Origin: an uncultured Clostridia bacterium
Lineage (GTDB): Bacteria > Bacillota > Limnochordia > Darwinibacteriales > DTU012
Length of the DNA: 64,000 nucleotides
Assembly: GCA_900019385.1 (NCBI GenBank)
Contig: FIZJ01000006.1
Coordinates: forward strand, 94,593 to 158,592
Reading direction: 5' to 3'
The notes under the pieces are model-generated. The model was not told the origin of the DNA, made no database searches, and was given only the letters and a program-made list of their open reading frames with translations. Within the stretch, counting starts at the first letter, position 1; the number at the start of each line of letters is the position of its first letter. The translations under genes were made by a program, and so were the position numbers. Shown one piece after another: positions 41,168 to 50,132 of the stretch.

Positions 41168-41707
41168 ATGGAGCTTCACGGCAGCAGAATCAAACTGCGC
41201 CCTATATGCAATGATGATTACCCAAGAATTGTCAGCTGGGGCAAGAATGAGGAAGTCGAGTATTTCAGCGGCGGCAGCTATCCAACCACTCTTGACGAGT
41301 GCCGCGCGTGGATGGCTACGGCCCTAAGCAGCCGTAATCGTGTTAGGTTCGGCATTGCCCTGGGAAGCCGCCTCATCGGCGATATTGAACTGGACCATAT
41401 CGCTTGGCGCCGGGGCGATGCAGAGCTGCGTGTCAGGATCGGAGAAAAAGATCTGTGGGATCTAGGCTACGGAACTGATGCCGTTGTTACACTCCTGGAT
41501 TATGCTTTTGGTGTCATGAATCTGAACTGCGTTTATTTAAAGGTTTATGCCGACAATCACAGAGCTATCAGGTGCTACCACAAAGCCGGTTTCAAGAAGG
41601 AGGGCAAACTGGCCCTAAGCCGCCTGAATCAGCGAGAGATCTATCTTATGCGTGTTCTTAAGAAAGAGTTTTTGCGACGGCAGTTCCGTTTAGCGGCGAA
41701 CAGTTGA
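41168..41707 (+). CDS. GNAT-family N-acetyltransferase
   Basis: 179 aa, acetyl-CoA binding-like motif (..GYGTDAV..), RimJ/RimL-like. Confidence 0.75.
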   Translation: MELHGSRIKLRPICNDDYPRIVSWGKNEEVEYFSGGSYPTTLDECRAWMATALSSRNRVRFGIALGSRLIGDIELDHIAWRRGDAELRVRIGEKDLWDLGYGTDAVVTLLDYAFGVMNLNCVYLKVYADNHRAIRCYHKAGFKKEGKLALSRLNQREIYLMRVLKKEFLRRQFRLAANS

Positions 41708-41718
41708 CTTTTCTGGAA

Positions 41719-41746
41719 GCAAGCTGGGAATGCAGCTTGTTTTCTT
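41719..41746 (+). terminator. Intrinsic terminator after the GNAT gene
   Basis: CAAGCTG-ggaatg-CAGCTTG followed by TTTTCTT. Confidence 0.55.
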
Positions 41747-41891
41747 AATTTCTGCCGCCAATATTCCGGTATGTACCTCGAATGATTTAATTGTAACGAT
41801 AGCGAGGATTTTGTGGGATGAACAAGGATTTACGGCAATTGTGTCGAACACGTTCATTGTTAGTCCTGTAGACGATAATGGAGGGGTAGTA

Positions 41892-42506
41892 ATGGTTAAT
41901 ATCATCATCAGCGGCGGTCCGGTCATGATCCCATTGTTGCTGTGTTCTGTGGCTGCAGTAGCAATCGGATTGGAAAGACTGTGGTATCTGCTGCGCACAA
42001 GAGTTGACACTGAAGACTTGATGGAAGACATTCAGCTGGCGTTGGGGCAGGGCAAGGTGTTGGAAGCAATGCAAATAGCCAAGAAATCCCGAGGACCGGT
42101 TGCAGCTATCCTCTCCGGCGGAATCGCTTATTACGACAGGGACAAGCATGAGATCAAAGAAAGAATGCAGGAGATCGGCCGGTTGGAGATCTATAAGATG
42201 GAAAAACGGATGAACGTCCTCAACATGGTTGTCAGCATCGCCCCTCTGTTGGGCCTGTTGGGAACCGTAACCGGAATTATTGATGCTTTTAATGTCATGG
42301 GAGCGATGAGGGGCATCCATCAGCCTTCGGATATCAGCGCGGGCATCGCCGAGGCGCTGATTACCACCGCCGCCGGTTTGATGATCGCCATACCGACGAT
42401 GGCGTTGACAGTCTATTTGAACAGCATTATTGACCGCAATATCGCGGAGATGAACAGACGGTCAAACGAACTGCTTGAATTACTCAGTGCCAGGAGTGAG
42501 GAGTAA
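41892..42506 (+). CDS. exbB: MotA/TolQ/ExbB-family proton channel. The ORF opens at 41730; the start is ATG 41892 after a GGAGGGG RBS.
   Basis: 204 aa, three TM segments, TolQ/ExbB pattern (..IAPLLGLLGTVTGIIDAF...). Confidence 0.8.
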   Translation: MVNIIISGGPVMIPLLLCSVAAVAIGLERLWYLLRTRVDTEDLMEDIQLALGQGKVLEAMQIAKKSRGPVAAILSGGIAYYDRDKHEIKERMQEIGRLEIYKMEKRMNVLNMVVSIAPLLGLLGTVTGIIDAFNVMGAMRGIHQPSDISAGIAEALITTAAGLMIAIPTMALTVYLNSIIDRNIAEMNRRSNELLELLSARSEE

Positions 42507-42910
42507 TGGAGTTTAAACGCACGACCCGCGGCTCCGGAGGGCAACCCGACCTCGCGCCGATGATTGATGTGGTATTCCACCTGCTTATATTCTTTATGGC
42601 CTTCTCAGTGCTTTACCAGACTACTATGAGCATCGATGTGGAACTGCCCAAGGCAGTGAGCGGTTCCGACGTCCGTTCTGATAGGTTCGAAATCAGTGTG
42701 ACCAAAGACGGGCTTCTTTCTGTCAACAGGAAGATCGTCACCGCGGCAGAGATGGAGCAAGCCCTTAGAGAAGCGTTGGCTGTCAATCCTGATCTGCTTG
42801 TGCTGATCAAAGGCGACCGACGGGCGACAGTAGAACAGTTTGTCAGTGCCATGGATATTGTAGCGAAGCTGGGTGTGAACAATATTCACGTCGGTACACA
42901 AGAACCTTGA
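42506..42910 (+). CDS. exbD: ExbD/TolR-family protein
   Basis: 134 aa. N-terminal ..DLAPMIDVVFHLLIFFM.. single TM, with a periplasmic-type domain. The start overlaps the exbB stop (TAATG). Confidence 0.82.
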   Translation: MEFKRTTRGSGGQPDLAPMIDVVFHLLIFFMAFSVLYQTTMSIDVELPKAVSGSDVRSDRFEISVTKDGLLSVNRKIVTAAEMEQALREALAVNPDLLVLIKGDRRATVEQFVSAMDIVAKLGVNNIHVGTQEP

Positions 42911-42926
42911 TTAAAAGGTGGATTTT

Positions 42927-43967
42927 ATGATGTATTTCGGCGATCGAGAGAACAACAACCTCAATGTGTTCATTTTCCTGTCCCTGATCATCCACGCCGT
43001 TGTTTTCTGGGCGATTCCCGACTGGGGCAGTTTTTTCAGGTTCGGAGTTGAAGGTACGTCGCAAGGCGGCATGATCAGGGTTACATACGTGCAGAGCAGC
43101 ACCGCCGACGAACTTTCTCCGATTACTAATCCTGCCTCGACAACCAGTACTCCCCAGGTCGAACAACCTCGGCCGACAGAGGAACCTCCCAAGGAACATG
43201 CCGCTGCCATACCCGTCACTCCGGAGTCCCTTGACAGTATTTCACCACCGGTACGACCTCGGCCGCAGCCCGTGGAAATCTCGGAACCGGCTCCGCCGGT
43301 TGTCACCCAACCCCAACCGCAAGAACCGGAGGTTGAAATCGAGCCTGAACCGATCCGGAGCGAAATAGTCACCAGTGAAACAGGACGAGAGATCTACATT
43401 GAAGAAGAGGAGCCAGAAACTGAAGTTGAGCCCGTGATTGAACCGGTATCGACTGCCGAACCGGTTGATGAACCCCTCCACGCGGCTGATCCGGAGCCGG
43501 AGGCCCATGTACAGTCCGATGCCGAACCAGATGAAGGAGACACTGACGCTTCAGGCACTGGAACCGGCATCGTGGGAGATATTGAGGGAGGCTCCGGTTC
43601 TGTCCAAGAGTCAGGCCTGGGAGAAGCGGAAGCTGCGCCACCACCTCCTCCGCCCCCGGCAGCCAGTACCGTGATCAACATTAACGGCAACGGAGGCGTC
43701 GCATACCCGAAGGATTCGCAGGATGAGAAGTCTGAAGGAGTTGTACGGTTGGATGTGCTTGTAGGCATTGATGGTCGCGCTCAAGACGTGGTTGTTTTTA
43801 ATCCTTCAGGCGACCCACGCCTTGATCAGCAGGCCAGGCTCACATTCCTCAGGAATTGGGTGTTTCGCCCCTTGGACAAAACATATATTCTCACCATTGA
43901 TGTGATCTTTTCACTGGCAGATGGGCCAAGAGTCGAGCCGATCTCCATCCGTTGGGCAGAAGAGTAG
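42927..43967 (+). CDS. tonB: TonB-like energy transducer with an unusually long acidic Pro/Glu-rich linker
   Basis: N-terminal TM (VFIFLSLIIHAVVFWAI), about 190 aa P/E-rich spacer, and a C-terminal TonB_C-like domain (GVVRLDVLVGIDGRAQDVVVFNPSGDPRLDQQARLTFLRNWVFRP). Confidence 0.75.
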   Translation: MMYFGDRENNNLNVFIFLSLIIHAVVFWAIPDWGSFFRFGVEGTSQGGMIRVTYVQSSTADELSPITNPASTTSTPQVEQPRPTEEPPKEHAAAIPVTPESLDSISPPVRPRPQPVEISEPAPPVVTQPQPQEPEVEIEPEPIRSEIVTSETGREIYIEEEEPETEVEPVIEPVSTAEPVDEPLHAADPEPEAHVQSDAEPDEGDTDASGTGTGIVGDIEGGSGSVQESGLGEAEAAPPPPPPPAASTVININGNGGVAYPKDSQDEKSEGVVRLDVLVGIDGRAQDVVVFNPSGDPRLDQQARLTFLRNWVFRPLDKTYILTIDVIFSLADGPRVEPISIRWAEE

Positions 43968-43986
43968 CGAAGGGGGAGTGGATGCT

Positions 43987-46023
43987 GTGGCGGCGCCTTC
44001 AAGACAGGCGGTATGCATAATTGCAATTGTTTTGCTCTTTGCCGTATGTTCATTGTCCGCAGCGGCCCAGGAACAAAAGCCGAATCTGGAGATCGCCAAC
44101 GAGTATATCCGGATCATCATCAACACACTCGAGGAGAACATGGGAAGGTTTTCGGTAGGCACTACCGGAGGCGATCCCGACCGGATCGGCGATGAAAACC
44201 AACATTTGATATACGGCGGCGAAGAGCCTTGGACCTCGTACACCACTGTCCGTATCGGTAATCAAAACTGGGTGTACGGCAATCCCACCAACAGACGGGC
44301 CGGAAAAAACGGACTTTACGGACAAGTGGTCCAACCTCCCACTATTATCGACGACAAGTTGGTAAGCAGTTGGCAGCTGGGGCCTATTCTCGTCACCCAA
44401 ATCCTCAGTTTCACAAGGAGCATCACCTCCGGCTTGATGGATACTGCCAAAATCGAATATCATCTTGAGAACACGGATGTTGTCTCTCACATGGTCGGGC
44501 TCCGTTTGGTTCTTGATACCATGCTCGGCCAGAATGACGGCGCACCGTTCCGCCTTACAGATCGTGCTGTTCTGACAGACACAGTGTTCTACAGTCATGA
44601 AATGCCCGCGTTTTGGCAGGCGTTTGACTCCCTGTCCAATCCGCAAGTCATCTCCCAAGGGACATTGGCCGGCGGAGAAGTCACCCCTCCAAACCGCGTT
44701 TATTTCAGCAACTGGGGCAGTATTGTCGACGGCCTCTGGGACTTCAACTACCAGCCCGGGAGAGATTTCATGCGGGCCGGCGAGTTCGAGCTGGACAGCG
44801 CGATTGCTCTTTATTGGGATCAGCAGCCCCTGCGCCCCAATGAATCCCGTACATATGTCGCCTACTACGGGCTCGGCGGCGTGACAATCACTCCTGGTGA
44901 GCTTTCTGTCGCTCTGACTGCTCCATGGCAGGTGAAAGCGGATCAGCGGCACCGAGAGACATTTACCATTGTGGCTTATATTGAAAACACTGGCGAGGGC
45001 GAAGCCAGAGATGTCACTGCCACTCTGCGTCTTCCGGAAGGGCTTGAACTGCTGAACGCCGGGGACAGTCTCCAGCGCCGTTACGGAAATCTCGCAGTCG
45101 GTGAGACCTATCAGACAAGCTGGCAGGTAATCCCTAACGGGGCTGTTTCCGGGGATGTCAGCTTTGAAGTGTTGGTGGAAGCCACCAACAGCGAATCGAG
45201 CTTGGCAAAGCGCAGTGTGCAGATTGTCAAACCAGACTATTTGGAAATAGACCTGATTGGTCCGTTGTTCTTGTCTGTAGAGAACGAACGCCTGTCGCCA
45301 CTACCGATGGAAGTCATGGCAAAGGTCACCAACACAGGTGGGGCGACGGCATATAATGTGGAAGCAGTGCTGCACCATCCCTTGATCAGACTGGCCAGGG
45401 GCGATGTGCCCGTCAAACGCCTCGGCTCGATTGCTCCGAATGATGCGGTGACTGTCACATGGTATTTGGATCCTACGGGGATATCCGGACAACTGGTCTA
45501 CTACCTTGACGTGATTTCGGATACGGACAGATATGCTTCGAACCGGAACGAAGTGTTTATCCCGTATATCGAGCCGAAGGTTTTTGTCGGCGAGCCTCAA
45601 ACCTCGCAAGGCAGAGTAGCCGCAGGCCAGTATTTCTCCATATCGGTCTGGGCAACCAACATACCAGATTTTCGCAAAGCTGTGTTAGAAGTGAACTATG
45701 ACCCACAGTACCTGGAGATCGTCGGCCGTTCGTTGGACATTACCCGAGGCACATTGTTTGTAGACCCTGATCCCGAACAATCCTTACTGCTTAAATGGGA
45801 TATTCCTCTGGTGGACAACCTGAGGGGAGTGGTGTCGGGCATTTCCGGTGATCGCGGCAGCATGCAGTCATCCGATTCCGCGTTCGGGACTTTGATCACC
45901 ATCCATTTCCGGGCTAAAAAGAGCGGAATCACCCGAATCGGACTCAGCAATGTGGCAGTATTTGACAGCAAATTGATTCCCATCGATGTTCGGGTCATCG
46001 ACAGAGATATTGTGATTGAATAA
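43987..46023 (+). CDS. Secreted cell-surface protein of about 680 aa, a candidate for CARDB-like and cohesin-like beta-sandwich domains. The ORF opens at 43921 inside tonB; the likely start is GTG 43987 after a GGGGGAG RBS.
   Basis: Signal peptide AAPSRQAVCIIAIVLLFAVCSLSAAAQE. Beta-rich throughout. Segments such as NTGEGEARDVTATLRLPEGLEL (CARDB-like) and a C-terminal VLEVNYDPQYLEIV (cohesin-like). Confidence 0.6.
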   Translation: MAAPSRQAVCIIAIVLLFAVCSLSAAAQEQKPNLEIANEYIRIIINTLEENMGRFSVGTTGGDPDRIGDENQHLIYGGEEPWTSYTTVRIGNQNWVYGNPTNRRAGKNGLYGQVVQPPTIIDDKLVSSWQLGPILVTQILSFTRSITSGLMDTAKIEYHLENTDVVSHMVGLRLVLDTMLGQNDGAPFRLTDRAVLTDTVFYSHEMPAFWQAFDSLSNPQVISQGTLAGGEVTPPNRVYFSNWGSIVDGLWDFNYQPGRDFMRAGEFELDSAIALYWDQQPLRPNESRTYVAYYGLGGVTITPGELSVALTAPWQVKADQRHRETFTIVAYIENTGEGEARDVTATLRLPEGLELLNAGDSLQRRYGNLAVGETYQTSWQVIPNGAVSGDVSFEVLVEATNSESSLAKRSVQIVKPDYLEIDLIGPLFLSVENERLSPLPMEVMAKVTNTGGATAYNVEAVLHHPLIRLARGDVPVKRLGSIAPNDAVTVTWYLDPTGISGQLVYYLDVISDTDRYASNRNEVFIPYIEPKVFVGEPQTSQGRVAAGQYFSISVWATNIPDFRKAVLEVNYDPQYLEIVGRSLDITRGTLFVDPDPEQSLLLKWDIPLVDNLRGVVSGISGDRGSMQSSDSAFGTLITIHFRAKKSGITRIGLSNVAVFDSKLIPIDVRVIDRDIVIE

Positions 46024-46042
46024 TGTTAAGGGAGGAAACTTG

Positions 46043-47348
46043 GATGAAGGGGTCGCGTATCTTATGTGGAGTGCTTGCGCTGATCTTGCTGTTCGGAAGT
46101 TTATCTCAACCTGTTCTTGCCAGTGTTAAAGATGTGCCCCCAGACCACTGGGCCTATCAGGCGGTTGTTTCCCTTGTAAACCGCGGGTTTTTATCGACAT
46201 ATGAAGACGGCAGCTTCCAAGGAACCAATTCAGTGGACCGCTACACGCTGGCGGTAACAGTAGCCAGGATTCTGGATGAAATCGAGGCAGGCCGGATCAT
46301 AGGCTCCCAAAGCGATGCCGAGTTATTGCGTGAACTAACCACTGAGTTCCGGGCTGAACTTGTGCAGTTTTATGCTGACAAACAGCGACTGGAGAGTGCG
46401 GTCGCCGAAACTCAGAAACTCGGATTGGCCACCGAAGAGCGCCTGAACAACGTCGTGGCCGGCCAAGTGCAGCTCAGCGATGAAGTCGCCAAAATCAAAG
46501 CGGATCTAATGCAAGAAGCGAACAAGACTTCCGAAGCATTGGCTGAGCTTAAGGCATCCATCGATGAGCAGAGGGCTGCAGTTCAAGCTCTTCAGGAACT
46601 GCTCGACACTCGTCAATCGCAGCTGTCAGGCCAAGTCACAGATCAAGGCGATCGCCTGGAGCAACTGCAGAGTGCTTTGATTAAGATTGACCAAAACCTG
46701 ATGCTGCAGCAGAGCGATATTGATCGGATCTTCAACTGGATTGCCGAAAAGGATTTGATCTTCTCCATGCTCGTCTTCGACGAAGAGCTTGAGCAATCCA
46801 TCAATGAACTGTCCGACGCGATTGCATCTTTGAACAAAGATCACGGCTCGGAAATAAATGATCTGCAAAACCGACTGGATAGCCTGATCGCCGCTGTGGC
46901 GAAAGCGGACGGGGAAATGGTCCGCACTCAGGAACAGTTTAAAATCCAGTTGGAGAGCTTGAGCCAGCGCAATCTCGAGGTTAAGAACGAACTTGAGCAG
47001 CTGACATCGCTTTTGGCACAAGAACGGCAAGAGCGGGCCGCTGTGGACAGCGAGTACAATACAGCGCTGAAGGAACTTGAGGCTCAAGTGCAGTATCTGT
47101 CCACCCAGGTTGGTATTTCTGAAGAGGAGTTGGCATCTCTTAACAAGCGCATCTCCGAAGAGATTGCTGTGCAGATGAATGCAGCCTTGATACGGGAACG
47201 GAGCTTGTCCAGTACTGTCGCAGAACTACAAGCGGAGTTCGACAGCTACAAACTAACGGCAGAGAAAGAAATCAAATCGGCCAAAAACACAGCTATGATC
47301 GCGATTGCAGCCGCCGTTATCAGTGTGCTGATCGGATTTGTGAAATAG
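46043..47348 (+). CDS. SLH-domain protein with a long coiled-coil and a C-terminal TM anchor
   Basis: Signal peptide. SLH motif VKDVPPDHWAYQAVVSLVNRGF. About 330 aa of heptad-rich Q/E/L/A sequence. C-terminal TAMIAIAAAVISVLIGFVK. Confidence 0.75.
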
Positions 47349-47367
47349 TGCCGTGTAACACTGATCG

Positions 47368-47406
47368 ACTCTAACCTACTTTGTGCAGTAGGTTAGAGTT
47401 TTTTAT
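47368..47406 (+). terminator. Strong intrinsic terminator after the SLH protein gene
   Basis: ACTCTAACCTACT-ttgtgc-AGTAGGTTAGAGT followed by TTTTTTATT. Confidence 0.75.
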
Positions 47407-47517
47407 TCCATATCCAGGTTATGACTTTCAAGTCCTTGCAGGGAAATATTGGATAATAATCGAATTATGAAGTACTTTGACAGACTACCTCAGTATTTCC
47501 GAAAGGAGTTTCCGTCC

Positions 47518-48030
47518 ATGGAAAGAGAATTAGCGGTAGAGAAGGAAATGCAGCTGGTTGTGTTCCGTCTTGCCAGTGAGGAATTTGCTTTTGAGATAAC
47601 TCAAGTGCGCGAGATCATAAAACCACCGAGCATTACAGTCCTTCCTCATGTGAGCGAGTATATAGAAGGAGTCACGAACATCCGCGGCGATATCATACCC
47701 ATCATCTCGCTGCGGAAACGCTTCAGTGTGCCCGAAGCCGAACGGACGCCTGAAACACGCGTGATTATCGTTGAATTTGATGAAACCAGTGTTGGGTTTG
47801 TGGTGGATGCCGTAACCGAAGTCATGCGGATTTCCGAAACTGCCGTCAAGTCTCCGCCCCGCACTGTCGCCGGGCTGCGCTCTGAATACTTGAAAGGTGT
47901 TGCGCAAGTTGAGGAACGCCTGATCATCCTGTTGGAGGTCGGTAAGATACTCAGTTCTGAAGAGCAGATCGAACTGAAGAACCTGGATAACGTCAGAAAC
48001 GAAATCGCAGGGACTGGAGAAACCAACTGA
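47518..48030 (+). CDS. cheW: Chemotaxis coupling protein CheW. The ORF opens at 47449; the start is ATG 47518 after a GAAAGGAG RBS.
   Basis: 170 aa, CheW-like domain (..LVVFRLASEEFAFEITQVREII..). Confidence 0.9.
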   Translation: MERELAVEKEMQLVVFRLASEEFAFEITQVREIIKPPSITVLPHVSEYIEGVTNIRGDIIPIISLRKRFSVPEAERTPETRVIIVEFDETSVGFVVDAVTEVMRISETAVKSPPRTVAGLRSEYLKGVAQVEERLIILLEVGKILSSEEQIELKNLDNVRNEIAGTGETN

Positions 48031-48042
48031 CTTTGCCGATAT
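48019..48042 (+). promoter_or_regulatory. Candidate sigma-28 (FliA/SigD) promoter element immediately after the cheW stop and upstream of fliM
   Basis: Exact -10 consensus GCCGATAT at 48035-48042. The upstream GAAA (48019-48022) is only a weak -35 at non-ideal 12-nt spacing. Confidence 0.3.
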
Positions 48043-48071
48043 AAAAAGTATAGGAGTGAGGTGAGGCAAAG

Positions 48072-49046
48072 ATGGAAGACATTCTCAGCCAGTCGGAGAT
48101 TGATCTGCTGATTAAAGCCACCCTCGAACCGGAAACGCTCGAGGCACCGTTGGAAAACATAGCAAGCGACCATTACGATTTTACCAAGCCCAACAAGTTC
48201 TCCAAGGATCAACTGCGGGGGCTGCAGAGAATTCACGAGCAGTTTTGCCGCGCCTATTCCGGGCTGATGTCAGCAAAATTCCGGACTAGGTTCAACCTGC
48301 AGTTTCAGACAATCGATCAACTGACCTTTGGCGAGTTTGTCCGTTCGCTGCCAAACCCATCAGTACTCAGTGTGTTTGAGGCATCACCGCTGCCGGGAAG
48401 TATTGTTGTGCAGCTGTCACCGGACAGTGCCTTTATTATGCACGACCGGTTGTGCGGCGGCCAAGGACATGTTTATGGGTTCTCCCGCGGATTGACCGAC
48501 ATAGAGATGGCCGTATTCAAACGACAGGTGATCGCCAGCTTTGCCAGGATTCTGAAAGACGCCTGGCAAGATATTGAAACAATTGATTTCAGATTGGAGC
48601 AGCTCGAAAGCAACCCTCAATTCTTGCAGCTGGCATCGGACAGAGATGTTGTTGTAGTGGTCAGCCTGCGCTTTGAGTTTAACGATGTCACAGACAACTT
48701 CAACATTTGCATACCGTTTCGCACTATTGAACCGCTGCTTTCCAAGATTACCCAGCACCGGTTGTTTGAGTCGCTGGCACCGCCGGATCCAGAGAAGATC
48801 GCTCAGCTTAAGGAGAAGGTCAAGACAGTGATCATCCCAATAGAGGTGGAACTTGGATCGGCTGCCGTAACTGCTGGTGATCTGTTGAGCCTGGAGGTTG
48901 GTGATGTGATCGAACTGGATCGTAAACGTACCGAGAATGTCGATGTGAGAATCGGCTCTCTGACCAAGTTCAAGGCGACCCCAGGCAAGCTGGGGGATAA
49001 GCTTGGAGTAGTGATTACATCCATTTGTGATGCACAAGAGGAGTAG
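48072..49046 (+). CDS. fliM: Flagellar motor switch protein FliM
   Basis: N-terminal CheY-P binding motif LSQSEIDLLI, and a CheC-like middle domain. Confidence 0.92.
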   Translation: MEDILSQSEIDLLIKATLEPETLEAPLENIASDHYDFTKPNKFSKDQLRGLQRIHEQFCRAYSGLMSAKFRTRFNLQFQTIDQLTFGEFVRSLPNPSVLSVFEASPLPGSIVVQLSPDSAFIMHDRLCGGQGHVYGFSRGLTDIEMAVFKRQVIASFARILKDAWQDIETIDFRLEQLESNPQFLQLASDRDVVVVVSLRFEFNDVTDNFNICIPFRTIEPLLSKITQHRLFESLAPPDPEKIAQLKEKVKTVIIPIEVELGSAAVTAGDLLSLEVGDVIELDRKRTENVDVRIGSLTKFKATPGKLGDKLGVVITSICDAQEE

Positions 49047-49050
49047 AAAA

Positions 49051-50106
49051 ATGAGTGGTGAACTGCTTAACCAAAATGAGATCGATGCTCTGGTGCGCGA
49101 TACTCAAGAAGGAGATATGGAAGGCTACCTGACCGAAGAGGAACGGGACACCCTGGCGGAAATTGGCAACATTTCCATGGGCAGTGCAGCTACAGCCCTA
49201 TCTTCGCTGATCAACAAAAAGGTTACCATAACTGTTCCTAATGTGCGGGTATCCACCTTGGCCGAGATTCAGAAGAGTTATCCCATTCCATGCATCGTCG
49301 TCAAGGTAGAGTATGTCGAAGGCCTGCAGGGGAACAATCTGTTGGTGATCAAGGAAAAAGACGCTTCGGTGATTGGCAATTTGATGATCGGGACGGATGA
49401 AAACGAGATTCCCGACGAGGTGGATGAACTGAGCCTCAGTGCCCTGACCGAAGCGATGAACGTGATGATGGGCTCGGCCGCCACATCCATGTCCGAGATG
49501 TTCAGGTACAAGATCAGTATCTCGCCCCCGGAGTCGTTCCGCCAAAACCTTGCCGAGAAGATCGATTATGTTGACAGTGAACGCTTGTATGCTGTCGTCG
49601 CATTCCGTTTCAACATTTTGAATATGGTCGACAGCGTGATGCTGCAGATTATCGATCTTGAATTCGCCAAGGCAATGGTATCACAACTCCTGGCTATTGA
49701 GGCTGAAAAAGCCGGCGCAGAAAGACCTGTGGAAACATCACAGCCCAGTGAGACCCCCAGAACTGAAATTGTTGATCGGGAGCCGATTGCTGCCACGCCA
49801 TGGTCCGATCTTGAGCAGGCGCCTGCACAGGCAGAAGACCTCGGCAACTTGAACATCGACTTGATCAAGGATATACCTGTCAACATCCGGGCCGTTCTGG
49901 GACGCACTCGCATGTCGATTGAGAACATCCTGAAGCTGGGGCCCGGCCATATCATGGAACTTGATACTCTTGAGGGAGAACCGATCGATGTGTACGCCAA
50001 CGACACCCTGATCGGACGCGGAGAAGTTGTAGTGGTAGGAGAGCAATTTGGCATCCGCATTACGGAAATCTCTACTCCCAAAAACCGGATCAAGAGTATC
50101 GGCTGA
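49051..50106 (+). CDS. fliY: Flagellar motor switch protein FliY (CheC-like phosphatase fused to FliN)
   Basis: N-terminal LLNQNEIDALV, CheC-like repeats, and a C-terminal FliN/SpoA domain (..NIRAVLGRTRMSIENILKL..). Confidence 0.9.
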   Translation: MSGELLNQNEIDALVRDTQEGDMEGYLTEEERDTLAEIGNISMGSAATALSSLINKKVTITVPNVRVSTLAEIQKSYPIPCIVVKVEYVEGLQGNNLLVIKEKDASVIGNLMIGTDENEIPDEVDELSLSALTEAMNVMMGSAATSMSEMFRYKISISPPESFRQNLAEKIDYVDSERLYAVVAFRFNILNMVDSVMLQIIDLEFAKAMVSQLLAIEAEKAGAERPVETSQPSETPRTEIVDREPIAATPWSDLEQAPAQAEDLGNLNIDLIKDIPVNIRAVLGRTRMSIENILKLGPGHIMELDTLEGEPIDVYANDTLIGRGEVVVVGEQFGIRITEISTPKNRIKSIG

Positions 50107-50132
50107 CGATTGGTGGAAGGGGGTAGCAGGAG

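Noticed and set aside
41747-41891. Possible riboswitch or Fur box in the 145-nt leader upstream of exbB
   Set aside because: No B12-box or other riboswitch core motifs were recognised. Only a partial GATAAT-like match to a Fur box is present. Cannot be supported without covariance-model search.
43394-43768. Several overlapping ORFs in both orientations over the tonB linker region
   Set aside because: Caused by the repetitive CCG/GAG-rich Pro/Glu linker codons. Only the + frame continues from a TM helix into a TonB_C domain.
44050-44952. 300-aa minus-strand ORF
   Set aside because: Antisense inside the secreted surface-protein gene. No RBS. The + frame has a signal peptide and coherent domain structure.
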